The translations under genes were made by a program, and so were the position numbers. Below, in pieces: positions 53,993 to 62,501 of a stretch of 64,000 nucleotides of DNA. The notes below the pieces were generated by a model. That model made no database searches and was not told the origin of the DNA. It saw only the letters and a list, made by a program, of their open reading frames with translations. The stretch covers positions 69,752 through 133,751 of the forward strand of contig CAVZMJ010000007.1 of the NCBI GenBank assembly GCA_963776315.1, written 5' to 3'. Positions within the stretch are counted from its first letter, which is position 1, and each line of letters begins with the position of its first letter. The stretch is from an uncultured Acidobacteriota bacterium (lineage in GTDB: Bacteria > Acidobacteriota > Vicinamibacteria > Vicinamibacterales > 2-12-FULL-66-21).

Positions 53993-54715
53993 CTAACGAC
54001 TGCTGAGCCTGCGAGCACCGAGCCTGCAGCTCGACCACTCGCTCGCCCTCGCAAACACCGCATCCATCATCGGCGGCGTGAGTTTCCCCGTATTCGTATT
54101 CTGACGGCTCGGGTGGTACGAACCGATCACCGTGTATCCGTCGGCGGTCTCGTAAGCAACGTCGTGACCGAACGGCGGCCGCGGCCGGACGATGATGCCG
54201 CGGTGGGCGAGCAGGCGCCAGGCGGCGTCGAACCCGATGCGGCCGAGGCCGATGATGATCGAGAGGCGCGGTAACGCCGCCGCTTCGGCCACCAGGTGCG
54301 GATGGCAGGCGGCGATCTCGGCGGGCGTCGGTTTGTTGTCGGGTGGCGCGCAGCGGACCGCGGCGGCGATGAACGCGTCGGTCAGTGTCAGGCCGTCGTC
54401 CGCGGTTCGCGCGGTCGGAATACTGGCGAAGCCGTGCGCGTGCATCGCCCGCATCAGGAAGTCTCCGGATCCGAGCGGGCCGTCCCCGGTGAAGACGCGC
54501 CCGGTCCGGTTCGCGCCGTGGGCCGCCGGCGCCAGGCCGATGATCAGGACGCGAGCCTGCGAGTCACCGAATCCCGGCACCGGTCGTCCCCAGTACGTCT
54601 CGTGTCGATGCGCGGCTTTTTTCTCGGTCGCGATGCGCTGGCAGTAGGTGCGCAGGCGCGCGCACGTGTTGCAGGAGATGATCTGCTGTCTGACTTCTGC
54701 GAGGGTTCCTGTCAC
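53993..54715 (-). CDS. uracil-DNA glycosylase, family 5 (UdgB-like)
   Basis: Taken from ORF 53993..55126. Motifs are GLAPAAHGANRTGRVFTGD and SYHPSRQNTNTG. The GTG start at 54715 (VTGTLAEVRQQIISCNTC..) is preferred. The upstream in-frame ATG at 54847 would add a segment read from repeat sequence. Confidence 0.75.
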   Translation of the reverse strand: MTGTLAEVRQQIISCNTCARLRTYCQRIATEKKAAHRHETYWGRPVPGFGDSQARVLIIGLAPAAHGANRTGRVFTGDGPLGSGDFLMRAMHAHGFASIPTARTADDGLTLTDAFIAAAVRCAPPDNKPTPAEIAACHPHLVAEAAALPRLSIIIGLGRIGFDAAWRLLAHRGIIVRPRPPFGHDVAYETADGYTVIGSYHPSRQNTNTGKLTPPMMDAVFARASEWSSCRLGARRLSSR

Positions 54716-54876
54716 GCCGTGATCACGAAGAGCGCGACCAGCCTCCGCCAAAGCTCCGGCGGTCCGCCGCCGCCGTGGCGGCAGCTCGCGACGACTACGA
54801 AGGCTAGATGCTGTGGCCTTCGCGATCTTCGTGAGCTTAGCGCTCATCGTGACGGGTCCGTGACAGGGCGACCGGC

Positions 54877-55803
54877 CTACTGGACGGCCGCCTCGTAGGA
54901 CTGCGTCTGCTCGTGGGCATGATACGAGCTGCGGACGAGCGGCCCCGATTCGCAGTGGCCGAAACCCATCTCGAGCGCGAGCCGCTTGAGATCGGCGAAT
55001 TCGGCCGGAGCGTAGTAGCGCTCCATCGGGAGATTGGCGAGCGACGGCCGGAGGTACTGTCCGATCGTGACGATCTGGCAACCGGCCGAGCGCAGGTCGC
55101 GAAGCGTCGCGACGACCTCGTCCCATTCTTCGCCGAGCCCGACCATCAGGCCGGACTTTGTCGGGATCGACGGCGCGTAGACGCGGGAGCGGTCGAGCAG
55201 CTGCAGCGCCCGGTCGTACCGGCCGCCCGGCCGCGCGGTCCGATAGAGCCGAGGCACGGTCTCGATGTTGTGGTTGAGGACATCGGGCTTCGCGTCGAGC
55301 ACGATGCGCAGCGCCGATTCATCACCCTTGAAGTCGGGGATGAGCACCTCGAGCCGGCACGACGGAATCCTGGTCCGCGTCTCGGCGATGGTGCGCGCGA
55401 AATGGGACGCGCCGCAATCGGCGAGATCGTCCCGATCGACTGAAGTGATCACGACATATTCGAGCGCGAGCGTGGCGACGGCGCTGCCGACCTTGACCGG
55501 CTCGTCAGCGTCGGGCGGCTTGGGCGCGCCGTGCGTCACGTTGCAGTATCCGCAGGACCGCGTACACGTGTCGCCGAGGATCATGAAGGTCGCGGTGCCG
55601 TGGTGCCAGCACTCGCCGATGTTCGGGCAGTTGGCTTCCTCGCAGACCGTATGCAGGCCGAGCGACCGCATCAGTCCCTTGAGCCGGTGATAGTTCTCCG
55701 ACCCCGGTGCGCGCACCTTCAGCCACTCGGGCTTGGGCTGCCGCGGCAGGTCGCTCTCGCGCTTCTTGCGGCCGCGGATGAAGTTCAGGGGGGCGGTGGG
55801 CAC
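54877..55803 (-). CDS. lipA: lipoyl synthase
   Basis: Taken from ORF 54877..56127, starting at GTG 55803. Motifs are the cluster motif CEEANCPNIGEC and the radical-SAM motif CTRSCGYC. The upstream part of the ORF (FGVRGSG repeats, SIQHF) is translated heptamer array. Confidence 0.92.
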   Translation of the reverse strand: MPTAPLNFIRGRKKRESDLPRQPKPEWLKVRAPGSENYHRLKGLMRSLGLHTVCEEANCPNIGECWHHGTATFMILGDTCTRSCGYCNVTHGAPKPPDADEPVKVGSAVATLALEYVVITSVDRDDLADCGASHFARTIAETRTRIPSCRLEVLIPDFKGDESALRIVLDAKPDVLNHNIETVPRLYRTARPGGRYDRALQLLDRSRVYAPSIPTKSGLMVGLGEEWDEVVATLRDLRSAGCQIVTIGQYLRPSLANLPMERYYAPAEFADLKRLALEMGFGHCESGPLVRSSYHAHEQTQSYEAAVQ

Positions 55804-55806
55804 TTG

Positions 55807-55960
55807 GAAATGCTGAATGCTGAGTTCTGAATGCTGTTGGTCTGCAACTCTTGGCTGCCGGAACCCCGAACCCCGAACCCCGAACCCCGAGCGCCCGAAC
55901 TCCGAACCCCGAACGCCGAACCCCGAACCCCGAACCCCGAACCGAGCCGAACGTCCCGAA
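55807..55960. repeat. tandem arrays: ctgaatg-type units, then about 14 ccccgaa units
   Basis: Positions 55807-55836 read gaaatgctgaatgctgagttctgaatgctg. Positions 55859-55960 hold ccccgaa and variants (ccccgag, ctccgaa, cgccgaa). No complementary arm is present. Confidence 0.9.
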
Positions 55961-55984
55961 CCTGTCTTAATTATACTGCCCCCT

Positions 55985-56681
55985 ATGACTCCTCTCGCGA
56001 TTACGTGGTACGGCCACTCCACCTTCGTCATCACCACCCCTGGCGGCAAGCGCATCGTCACGGACCCGTGGCTCGAGGGGAACCCGAAATGCCCCCCGGG
56101 TGCACGCATCGACAAGGCCGACGTCATCCTGCTGTCTCCACGGGCACTCGGACCATACGGGCGATGCCGTCAGCGTCGCGCGCGCGACCGGAGCGCCGGT
56201 GGTTGCCATCCACGAGCTGTCGTTGTGGCTCGGGCGGAAGGGGCTGCAGAACGTCAAGGGCATGGGGATCGGCGGGACGATCACCGTCGCCGGGCTCGAG
56301 GTCACGATGACGCCGGCGGTCCACAGCAGCAGCGTCGTCGAGAACGACGAGATCGTCTATTTGGGCCAGCCCGCGGGTTTCGTCGTGCGGATGGAGGATC
56401 GGCGGGCGTTCTACTTCGCCGGTGATACGGCGCTCTTCGGTGACATGCGCCTCATCGCCGACGTCCACGCGCCGGAGATCGCCTTTCTGCCGATCGGCGA
56501 TCACTACACCATGGGCCCCGAAGACGCCGCGCGCGCGTGCAAGCTGCTCCTGGTCCGCCAGGTCGTCCCAATGCACTACGCCACGTTCCCGATCCTGACG
56601 GGAACGCCCGAGCGCCTGAAAGAGCTCGTGGAACCGGGCGTCGACGTGCTGGTCCTCGAGCCAGGGGAGACGGCTGAATAG
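55985..56681 (+). pseudogene. metal-dependent hydrolase, MBL fold (UPF0173 family), one frame change near 56138
   Basis: The sequence MTPLAITWYGHSTFVITTPGGKRIVTDPW..ADVILLS in the frame of ORF 55817.. joins HGHSDHTGDA.. in ORF 56100..56681. There is an extra nt in ctgtctccacggg. Confidence 0.8.
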
Positions 56682-56788
56682 CTCCCAGCTCCCAGCTTTC
56701 GGCTTCCAGCTGAGAGCGTTCAGAGCCTAACCGAGCGATTGGGATCTCGAGGGTTTGGCTGGAAGCTGGCGGCTGGAAGCTGGAAGCT
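56680..56788. repeat. composite heptamer palindrome with short-core variant (copy M)
   Basis: The left arm is agctccc agctccc agctttc ggcttcc agc. The centre ends in ..gattgggatctcgagggtttg. The right arm is gctggaa gctggcg gctggaa gctggaa gct, ending at the ATG at 56789. Confidence 0.85.
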
Positions 56789-59266
56789 ATGTCTACCGAC
56801 CTCCGCTACTCCCTCCGCACCCTGTCGCGCACGCCCGGCTTCACGCTGAGCGCGGTGCTCGCGCTCGCGCTGGGCGTCGGGGCGAATGCGGCGGTGTTCT
56901 CGGTCGTCTACGCGGTTCTGCTCAACCCGCTTCCGTACGCCGGCCCGGACGGCCTCGTTCGCATCTACGAAGCGAATCCGGCGCAGGGTATCGAACGCGG
57001 TGACGTCTCACCGGGAACATTCGTCGATGTGCGCGCCAGAAGTCGAACGCTCGAGCACATTTCGGTCTTCATGGCGCGGCGATGGATGCTCTCGTTCGGC
57101 GGCGAGCCCGAATTGCTCAACGGAGCACTGGTCTCCCCGAGCGTCTTTCCGATGCTCGGTGTGGCGCCTGTCGTTGGCCGAACCTTTCGGCCGGAGGCAG
57201 TTCAGCCGCCACCCTATGGAGATGATGCGGAAGTGGTCATCAGCCACGCGCTCTGGCAGCGGCGGTTCGGTGGCCGGCCGGGTGTGGTGGGGCAGGTCGT
57301 CACACTCGAGGGACGCCGCGCGCTTACGGTCGTCGGCGTGATGCCTGCCGGCTTCGACTTTCCCGGCCGGACGGAGTTCTGGCGCAACGCGCCGTTCGTG
57401 CGGCCGATTGGCCACGCCGAGCGCGCCGTCCGGTATCACGAGTCGATCGCGCGGCTCGCGCCGGGCGTCTCGCTGAACAGGCGCGCGCCGAGCTTTCGGG
57501 GATTGCCCGCCAACTCGAAGCTGAACATCCGAACGCGAACGCCGGCTACAGCCTGCGTATCGAGCGACTGGACGAGGTGACGGTCGGCGGCGTCAGGCCG
57601 GCGCTGCTCGTGCTGCTCGGCGTCGTCGGCTGCGTGCTCCTGATTGGGTGCGCCAACGTCGCGAACCTGCTGTTGGCCCGGGCGACGGCGCGGCGGCGTG
57701 AGCTCGCGGTGCGCGTGGCGCTCGGCGCGGGACGCGGGCGTCTGCTGCTTCAAAGCCTGAGCGACTGCGCGGTGCTTGCCGTCCTCGGCGGAGCTGGCGG
57801 ACTGCTGCTCGGCTACTGGGGCATGCGTGTTCTGACGGCGCTTGGGCCGCAGGACACGCCCAGGCTGCAGGAGGTGGCTTTCGGAGCGCCGGTGTACGTG
57901 GTGGTGGTCGTCCTCGCGGTGACCGCCGCATGCCTGATTGGCATCGTGCCAATCCTTACGGCGGCCCCCACGAGCGTGGCTGCAGCACTCAAACACGGTG
58001 GCCGCAGCGAGGACGGCGATCTCGGCAGGTCGGCGCGCTCGTGGCTCATCGGGGCCGAGGTCGCGCTGACGCTTGCGTTGCTCGTTGGCGCGTCTCTCCT
58101 GCTGCGAAGCTTCATCGCGCTCAGGCACGTCGACCTGGGATTCCAGGCCGAGCGTGTGCTGACGGCAGATCTGATCTCAGCACTGCCCGATTCGCCGAAG
58201 CGAGCCGTCCCTGGTTCCGTCTCGCTCAGCACTTCGACCAGGTGGTGTCGGAGCTCGCCGCCCTTCCCGGCGTCGAGGCTGCCGGCGGGATCACCGGCGT
58301 GCCGCTGACCGGAGAAGTCCCGTCAGGAAAGTTCTGGATGGGCCACGGCTCCACCGAGCGCCCGGACGCCACGCGACAGTTCGACGTGGGTATCAGCATC
58401 ATCACGCCCGGGTATTTCGAAGCGCTGCGCATCCCCGTTGCACCAGGCCGGAGCTTCACTGCGGCCGATCGCTTTTCCGAGGCGGCGCTCACTGCCCCAG
58501 CCGAGCGAAGGGCGGAGAAGCCGAGGGGAGTGGTCATCGTCAACGAGTCGATGGCGCGCCGGTACCTGGCCCGGCGGCGATGCGGTGGGGCAGTCGATCG
58601 TCCTCGCCGATCACCGGGCAGCCTCCTCGAGCGTCATCATCGGAGTTGCCGCCGACGTTCGTGCCGTAGGCGTCGACCAGCCTTCGACGCCGACCGTCTA
58701 CCTGCCGATGGGAGAGGTTTCCGGATTCCGGCTCTCGGTCGCTGTCCGAGGTCGTGAGGCCGTCGAGCCGCTCGCGTCGTTGCTGCGAGCGCGGTTGCGC
58801 GCGATCGACCCGCAGATGCTGGTGTTGAACGTGCGCCCGCTCGACGACGTTGTCTCAGGCGCGGTCTCCCGACCTCGGTTCAACCTCGTACCGCTCTCAG
58901 GATTCGCGCTGCTCGCGCTGGCGCAATCCGCCGTTGGCATCTCCGGTGTGATGGCCTACCTCGTCACGCGGCGCACGCGCGAGATCGGCATCCGGATGGC
59001 GCTCGGCGCCCGTCGTGGTGACGTGCTCAGACTCGTCCTCGGCGAGGGCCTGAGTCCGGTGCTGGGCGGCCTCGTCGTGGGCGCGGCGGCTGCCATGGTC
59101 GCTGCGAGTCTGATGCGGACGCTCGTCTTCGGGATTGCGCCTGGTCGATCCCATGAGCTTCGCGCTCGCCGGGGCGGCGCTGATGGTTGTCGCCCTGGTC
59201 GCGGCATGGATCCCCGCGCGCCGGGCTGCGGCCGTCGATCCACTGGTCGCGCTGCGGGAGGAGTAG
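56789..59266 (+). pseudogene. duplicated FtsX/MacB-type ABC permease (ADOP-like), 4 frame changes
   Basis: Motifs are MSTDLRYSLRTLSRTPGFTLSAVLALALGVGANAAVFSVV.. and two FtsX modules (..RRRELAVRVALGAGR.., ..RTREIGIRMALGARR..). Frame switches occur near 57472, 58185, 58572 and 59143. The gene ends ..DPLVALREE at TAG 59264-59266. Confidence 0.85.
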
Positions 59267-59367
59267 GCCCCGCCTTCCTCCTTCGCCAAGGCTTCGGCGG
59301 ACCGCCGTAGCTTTAGCGGAGGCTGGTCAGGCGGAAGATCAACGACTGGTCTTCAAAGGAGGCATCG

Positions 59368-59682
59368 ATGGGATCGATATCCGTCGCCTGTTACAAGCCT
59401 CGCCCGGGCTGCGAGCAAGCGCTGCTCTCGCTCGTGCGCGATCACCTGCCGCCGCTGCGCGCCGAAGGGCTCGTCACCGGCCGGCCGTCGATTGTGATGC
59501 GCACGGCGGATGGAACGATCGTGGAGGTCTTCGAGTGGGTTTCGAAGGAGGCGATCGCCGGCGCGCATACGAACCCGGTCGTCCTGAACCTGTGGAAGCG
59601 GTTCGAGGCCGTGTGCTCGTACCAGACGCCGTCCAATATCGCCGAGTTTCAGAACTTGTTCGCGCATTTCGAGGCGGTGTGA
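59368..59682 (+). CDS. small hypothetical protein (104 aa)
   Basis: ORF 59368..59682 is intact and has an aaggagg ribosome-binding site. I recognise no diagnostic motif. Its size and composition are compatible with a small alpha+beta (ABM-like) fold, but that is a guess. Confidence 0.5.
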   Translation: MGSISVACYKPRPGCEQALLSLVRDHLPPLRAEGLVTGRPSIVMRTADGTIVEVFEWVSKEAIAGAHTNPVVLNLWKRFEAVCSYQTPSNIAEFQNLFAHFEAV

Positions 59683-59842
59683 TTGCTCATTCACCGCCGG
59701 CAGGTTGACGCGGCTTCCGAGGACCCCAAGCCTGTCCTCGCGGCTCGCGGCTCACGCCAGTGCCCCCGGATCGGTCTGCGACTCGTCCTGTAGCGGCCGA
59801 ACGAAATCGGCGCCCGCAAGCCGCCGGACGAGAAGCAATGTG

Positions 59843-59877
59843 ACATCATGATGCTCGTATGATAGCATCATGATGTG
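59843..59877 (+). promoter_or_regulatory. two copies of the palindrome CATCATGATG (candidate antitoxin operator) overlapping the vapB start
   Basis: The copies are acatcatgatgc (59843-59854) and gcatcatgatgt (59865-59876). Their centres are 22 bp apart. The GTG start at 59875 lies inside the second copy. Confidence 0.6.
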
Positions 59878-60123
59878 CGAACAACCCTCACGCTTGACGA
59901 CGATGTGGCGGCCAAGCTCCGGTCCCAGGCGCGGCGCTCGGGGCGGCCGTTCCGGGAGGTGGTGAACGAGGCCCTCCGACGGGGGCTGCTGGCCTCGGCG
60001 CCGCGCGTCGATCGGCCGCCGTTTGTCGTGAGGGCCCGAGATCTCGGTGCGCTGCGTCCCGGCCTCACCCTCGACAACGTCGGCGAGCTCCTCGAACAGG
60101 TCGAAGGGCCGGGGCATCGGTGA
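59875..60123 (+). CDS. vapB: ribbon-helix-helix antitoxin (VapB-like)
   Basis: ORF 59875..60123 reads MRTTLTLDDDVAAKLRSQARRSGRPFREVVNEALRRGL.. (an RHH N-terminus). It overlaps the start of the downstream PIN gene by 4 nt. Confidence 0.8.
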   Translation: MRTTLTLDDDVAAKLRSQARRSGRPFREVVNEALRRGLLASAPRVDRPPFVVRARDLGALRPGLTLDNVGELLEQVEGPGHR

Positions 60124-60551
60124 TCCTCGTCGATGCGAACCTGCTCCTCCACGCCGTACAACCCGAGATCCGCGGAACACGACGGCGCCCGCGGGTGGCT
60201 CGAGACGACGCTCTCTGGGCCGGAGCTGGTCCGGTTCACGTGGCTGACCTTGTGGGCCTTCCTGAGGATCTCGACCAATCCACGCGTGTTCGAGCATCCG
60301 CTCTCCATCGTCGAGGCGGAGGCTGTCGTGTCGTCGTGGCTCGCGCAGCCCGCCGCCGGAGTCCTCGACCCTGGCGAGCGGCATTGGCCGACTTCTGCGG
60401 CCTCGCCGAAGGCGGTCAGATTTCCGGGCCGCTCGTCATGGATGCCGCTGTCGCGGCGATCGCGATCGAACACGGCGCCACGCTGTGCACGACCGATCGG
60501 GACTTTGCCCGCTTCGACGGGCTCTCGTGGAAGAACCCGCTGCGGGACTGA
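60120..60551 (+). pseudogene. vapC: PIN-domain toxin (VapC-like), two frame changes (about 60158 and 60395)
   Basis: The sequence runs MILVDANLLLHA.. (ORF 60120..), then ..NPRSAEHDGARGWLETTLSGPELVRFTWLTLWAFLRISTNPRVF.. (ORF 60133..), then back to ..GPLVMDAAVAAIAIEHGATLCTTDRDFARF... Confidence 0.8.
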
Positions 60552-60586
60552 GTTCTCCCTGACCAAGCGGATCGCCATCGGGTTGT

Positions 60587-60988
60587 TCAGCCGACGAGCG
60601 CAAATCCCTCTTGGGCGAAATGCGGATCGAAGGCGAAGGCCTCATTGACGTCCGCCTGTCGCATCGCCACGAACGACACGGCGTCGACGAGGCTCAGTAG
60701 CCGTTTGCGCCGATCGAGCAGCAAGTCGAGCCCGGCGTTGTAGAGCCCTTCGTCCACCCACACGACATCGATGAGCGGCGCGAAGTCCACTCGAAAGCTG
60801 CGGACCGCATCGAGGCCGAGACGCCGGCCCACGAGCGCATACGTTTCAACCAGAACGAAGGACGTCGACACGAGCGCGGCCTGACGGGTGCGCAGGCTCG
60901 CGAAGGCGCGCTCGGCGCGAACATGGTTGGCGTCCTGTCCGTCGAGGAGGGCGAAGAGGGCGGAGGTGTCCGCGAACACTCCGCTCAC
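60587..60988 (-). CDS. vapC: PIN-domain toxin (VapC-like)
   Basis: ORF 60587..60988 is intact and reads MSGVFADTSALFALL.. ..LVETYAL.. ..SLVDAVSFVAMRQ..AFAFDPHF... Confidence 0.82.
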   Translation of the reverse strand: MSGVFADTSALFALLDGQDANHVRAERAFASLRTRQAALVSTSFVLVETYALVGRRLGLDAVRSFRVDFAPLIDVVWVDEGLYNAGLDLLLDRRKRLLSLVDAVSFVAMRQADVNEAFAFDPHFAQEGFALVG

Positions 60989-61233
60989 TCGAATGCCTCG
61001 TCGAGATAGCGGTCGTGCCTGCTCGAGACGTCATGGGCAGCCCGGCGATCGCGGAAACGACCCACGACTCGTGCCGCACGGTCGTACAACGCCGCGCGAT
61101 TGGGAGCTTCTTCGGACAGTCCTTTCTCGACATAGCGCCGGATGACTTCAGCGAGCGAAAGGCCACGCTCGCGGGCTTGGGAGCGCAATCGTCGGGCCTG
61201 CTGTTCGGTGAGCTGAATCTGCGTGCGTACCAT
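60985..61233 (-). CDS. vapB: ribbon-helix-helix (CopG-like) antitoxin
   Basis: ORF 60985..61233 reads MVRTQIQLTEQQARRLRSQARERGLSLAEVIRRYVEKGL... It overlaps the toxin start by 4 nt. Confidence 0.8.
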   Translation of the reverse strand: MVRTQIQLTEQQARRLRSQARERGLSLAEVIRRYVEKGLSEEAPNRAALYDRAARVVGRFRDRRAAHDVSSRHDRYLDEAFE

Positions 61234-61248
61234 GGGCCAAGTGTAAGC

Positions 61249-61260
61249 ACATCATGATGT
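61249..61260 (-). promoter_or_regulatory. palindrome ACATCATGATGT upstream of the second antitoxin gene (candidate operator)
   Basis: A perfect 12-nt palindrome lies 16 nt upstream of the ATG at 61233. It has the same 10-nt core as the two sites at 59843-59876. Confidence 0.55.
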
Positions 61261-61454
61261 GATATCAAGCGCGGTGCTCGTCCGACTCCACGGTTCCCAC
61301 TCGCGCTCGGATTTGACCGCGATCGCCGGATTCAGTACAGTCACGCCCATGCACACCGTCACGGAGCGCGGGTTCGCCTTTACCGGCACGACCGGCCTGG
61401 TCAGGCCGGAGGCTCGCTGCGGGTAGATCCGGACGGCTGAACTCGAAGTTCTCC

Positions 61455-61492
61455 ACGGCCACTGCCCGAAAGGGAGTGGCCGTTTTCATTTT
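61455..61492 (+). terminator. strong intrinsic-terminator-like hairpin 100 nt upstream of pheA (orphan terminator or leader attenuator)
   Basis: The hairpin is acggccact(g)ccc gaaa ggg agtggccgt (12 bp with one bulge), followed by ttttcatttt. No plus-strand gene ends upstream of it. Confidence 0.6.
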
Positions 61493-61597
61493 CAGGGTGC
61501 CAGGGGGCCAGGGTCCATTGTGGTGCGGCGGCTTCGGTGACGCGCGTCATGCTCGAGACACGGATCAACACGGATAGGCCTAGATAGGAGCGGGTTG

Positions 61598-62437
61598 ATG
61601 AAGATCGGATTTCAGGGAGCGGTGGGCGCGTACAGCGAAACGGCGGCGCAGCGCGCGTGGCCGGGGTCGGAGACGGTGGCGCTCGACCGGTTTGAAGACG
61701 TCTTCGAGGCGGTCGCGTCTGGACGGACGTCCCACGGCATCCTGCCGGTCGAGAACTCGATTGGCGGGAGCATCCATCGGAACTACGACTTGCTGCTCGA
61801 GCGCGATCTGCCGATCGTTGCCGAAACGGAGCTGCCGGTCGTCCACAACCTGCTGGCGCTGCCGGGCACGACGATTCAGGCAGTCCGCCGGGTCTTCTCG
61901 CATCCGCAGGCGCTCGCCCAGTGCGAGCTGTACCTCCACACGCTGCCGGGGATCGAGATCGTCGCGACGTACGACACGGCGGGCAGCGCCCGGCTGATCA
62001 AGGAAGGCAACCTCACCGACACGGCGGCGATCGCCTCACTGCGCGCGGCCGAGGTGTTCGGCCTCAGCGTGCTCCAGGCCGGGATCCAGGACTACGAGGA
62101 CAACATCACGCGGTTCCTCCTCATCGGCCGCGACGGCAAGCCGCTCGCGACGCCCGACAAGACGACGCTGGCGTTTGCCCTGCACAACGGGCCGGGCGCC
62201 CTCTTCAAGGCGCTGAGCGTGTTCGCGCTGCGCGACATCGATTTGACCAAGCTCGAATCGCGCCCGGCACGCGGCCGGCCGTGGGAATACGTGTTCTACG
62301 CGGATCTGTCGGCCGGCCGCGAGGAACTGCGGTGCGGGCGGGCCATCGTGCACCTGGCGGAGTTCGCTCGGTGGGTCAAGACGCTCGGCTCCTATCCGCA
62401 CGCCCGGCCGCACGCGGCGACGTCAGACAATAAGTAG
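61598..62437 (+). CDS. pheA: prephenate dehydratase (PDT plus ACT domains)
   Basis: Taken from ORF 61595..62437. ATG 61598 behind an aggag ribosome-binding site is preferred. Motifs include ..GILPVENSIGGSI.., ..TRFLLIG.. and ..ESRP... Confidence 0.9.
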   Translation: MKIGFQGAVGAYSETAAQRAWPGSETVALDRFEDVFEAVASGRTSHGILPVENSIGGSIHRNYDLLLERDLPIVAETELPVVHNLLALPGTTIQAVRRVFSHPQALAQCELYLHTLPGIEIVATYDTAGSARLIKEGNLTDTAAIASLRAAEVFGLSVLQAGIQDYEDNITRFLLIGRDGKPLATPDKTTLAFALHNGPGALFKALSVFALRDIDLTKLESRPARGRPWEYVFYADLSAGREELRCGRAIVHLAEFARWVKTLGSYPHARPHAATSDNK

Positions 62438-62453
62438 TGTTTATGTAAAATGT

Positions 62454-62467
62454 AAGATTATAATCTT
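62454..62467. promoter_or_regulatory. AT-rich perfect palindrome AAGATTATAATCTT containing a TATAAT box, upstream of ilvD
   Basis: The palindrome lies within the AT-rich island 62436-62470 of an otherwise GC-rich window. TATAAT sits at 62459-62464. The ilvD ATG is at 62502. Confidence 0.5.
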
Positions 62468-62501
62468 GACTGATTCGCCAGGCCGTCCTACGGTAGAGGG
62501 C

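Noticed and set aside
61265-61489. A 74-aa minus-strand ORF between the toxin-antitoxin pair and pheA.
   Set aside because: It has no ribosome-binding site. Its start is embedded in the terminator hairpin, its composition is atypical and it carries no motif. It is more likely non-coding.
59300-61500. The toxin-antitoxin region considered as part of a mobile genetic island.
   Set aside because: There is no integrase, transposase, tRNA target or direct-repeat boundaries, and composition does not visibly differ from the flanks. It is treated as two chromosomal toxin-antitoxin loci.
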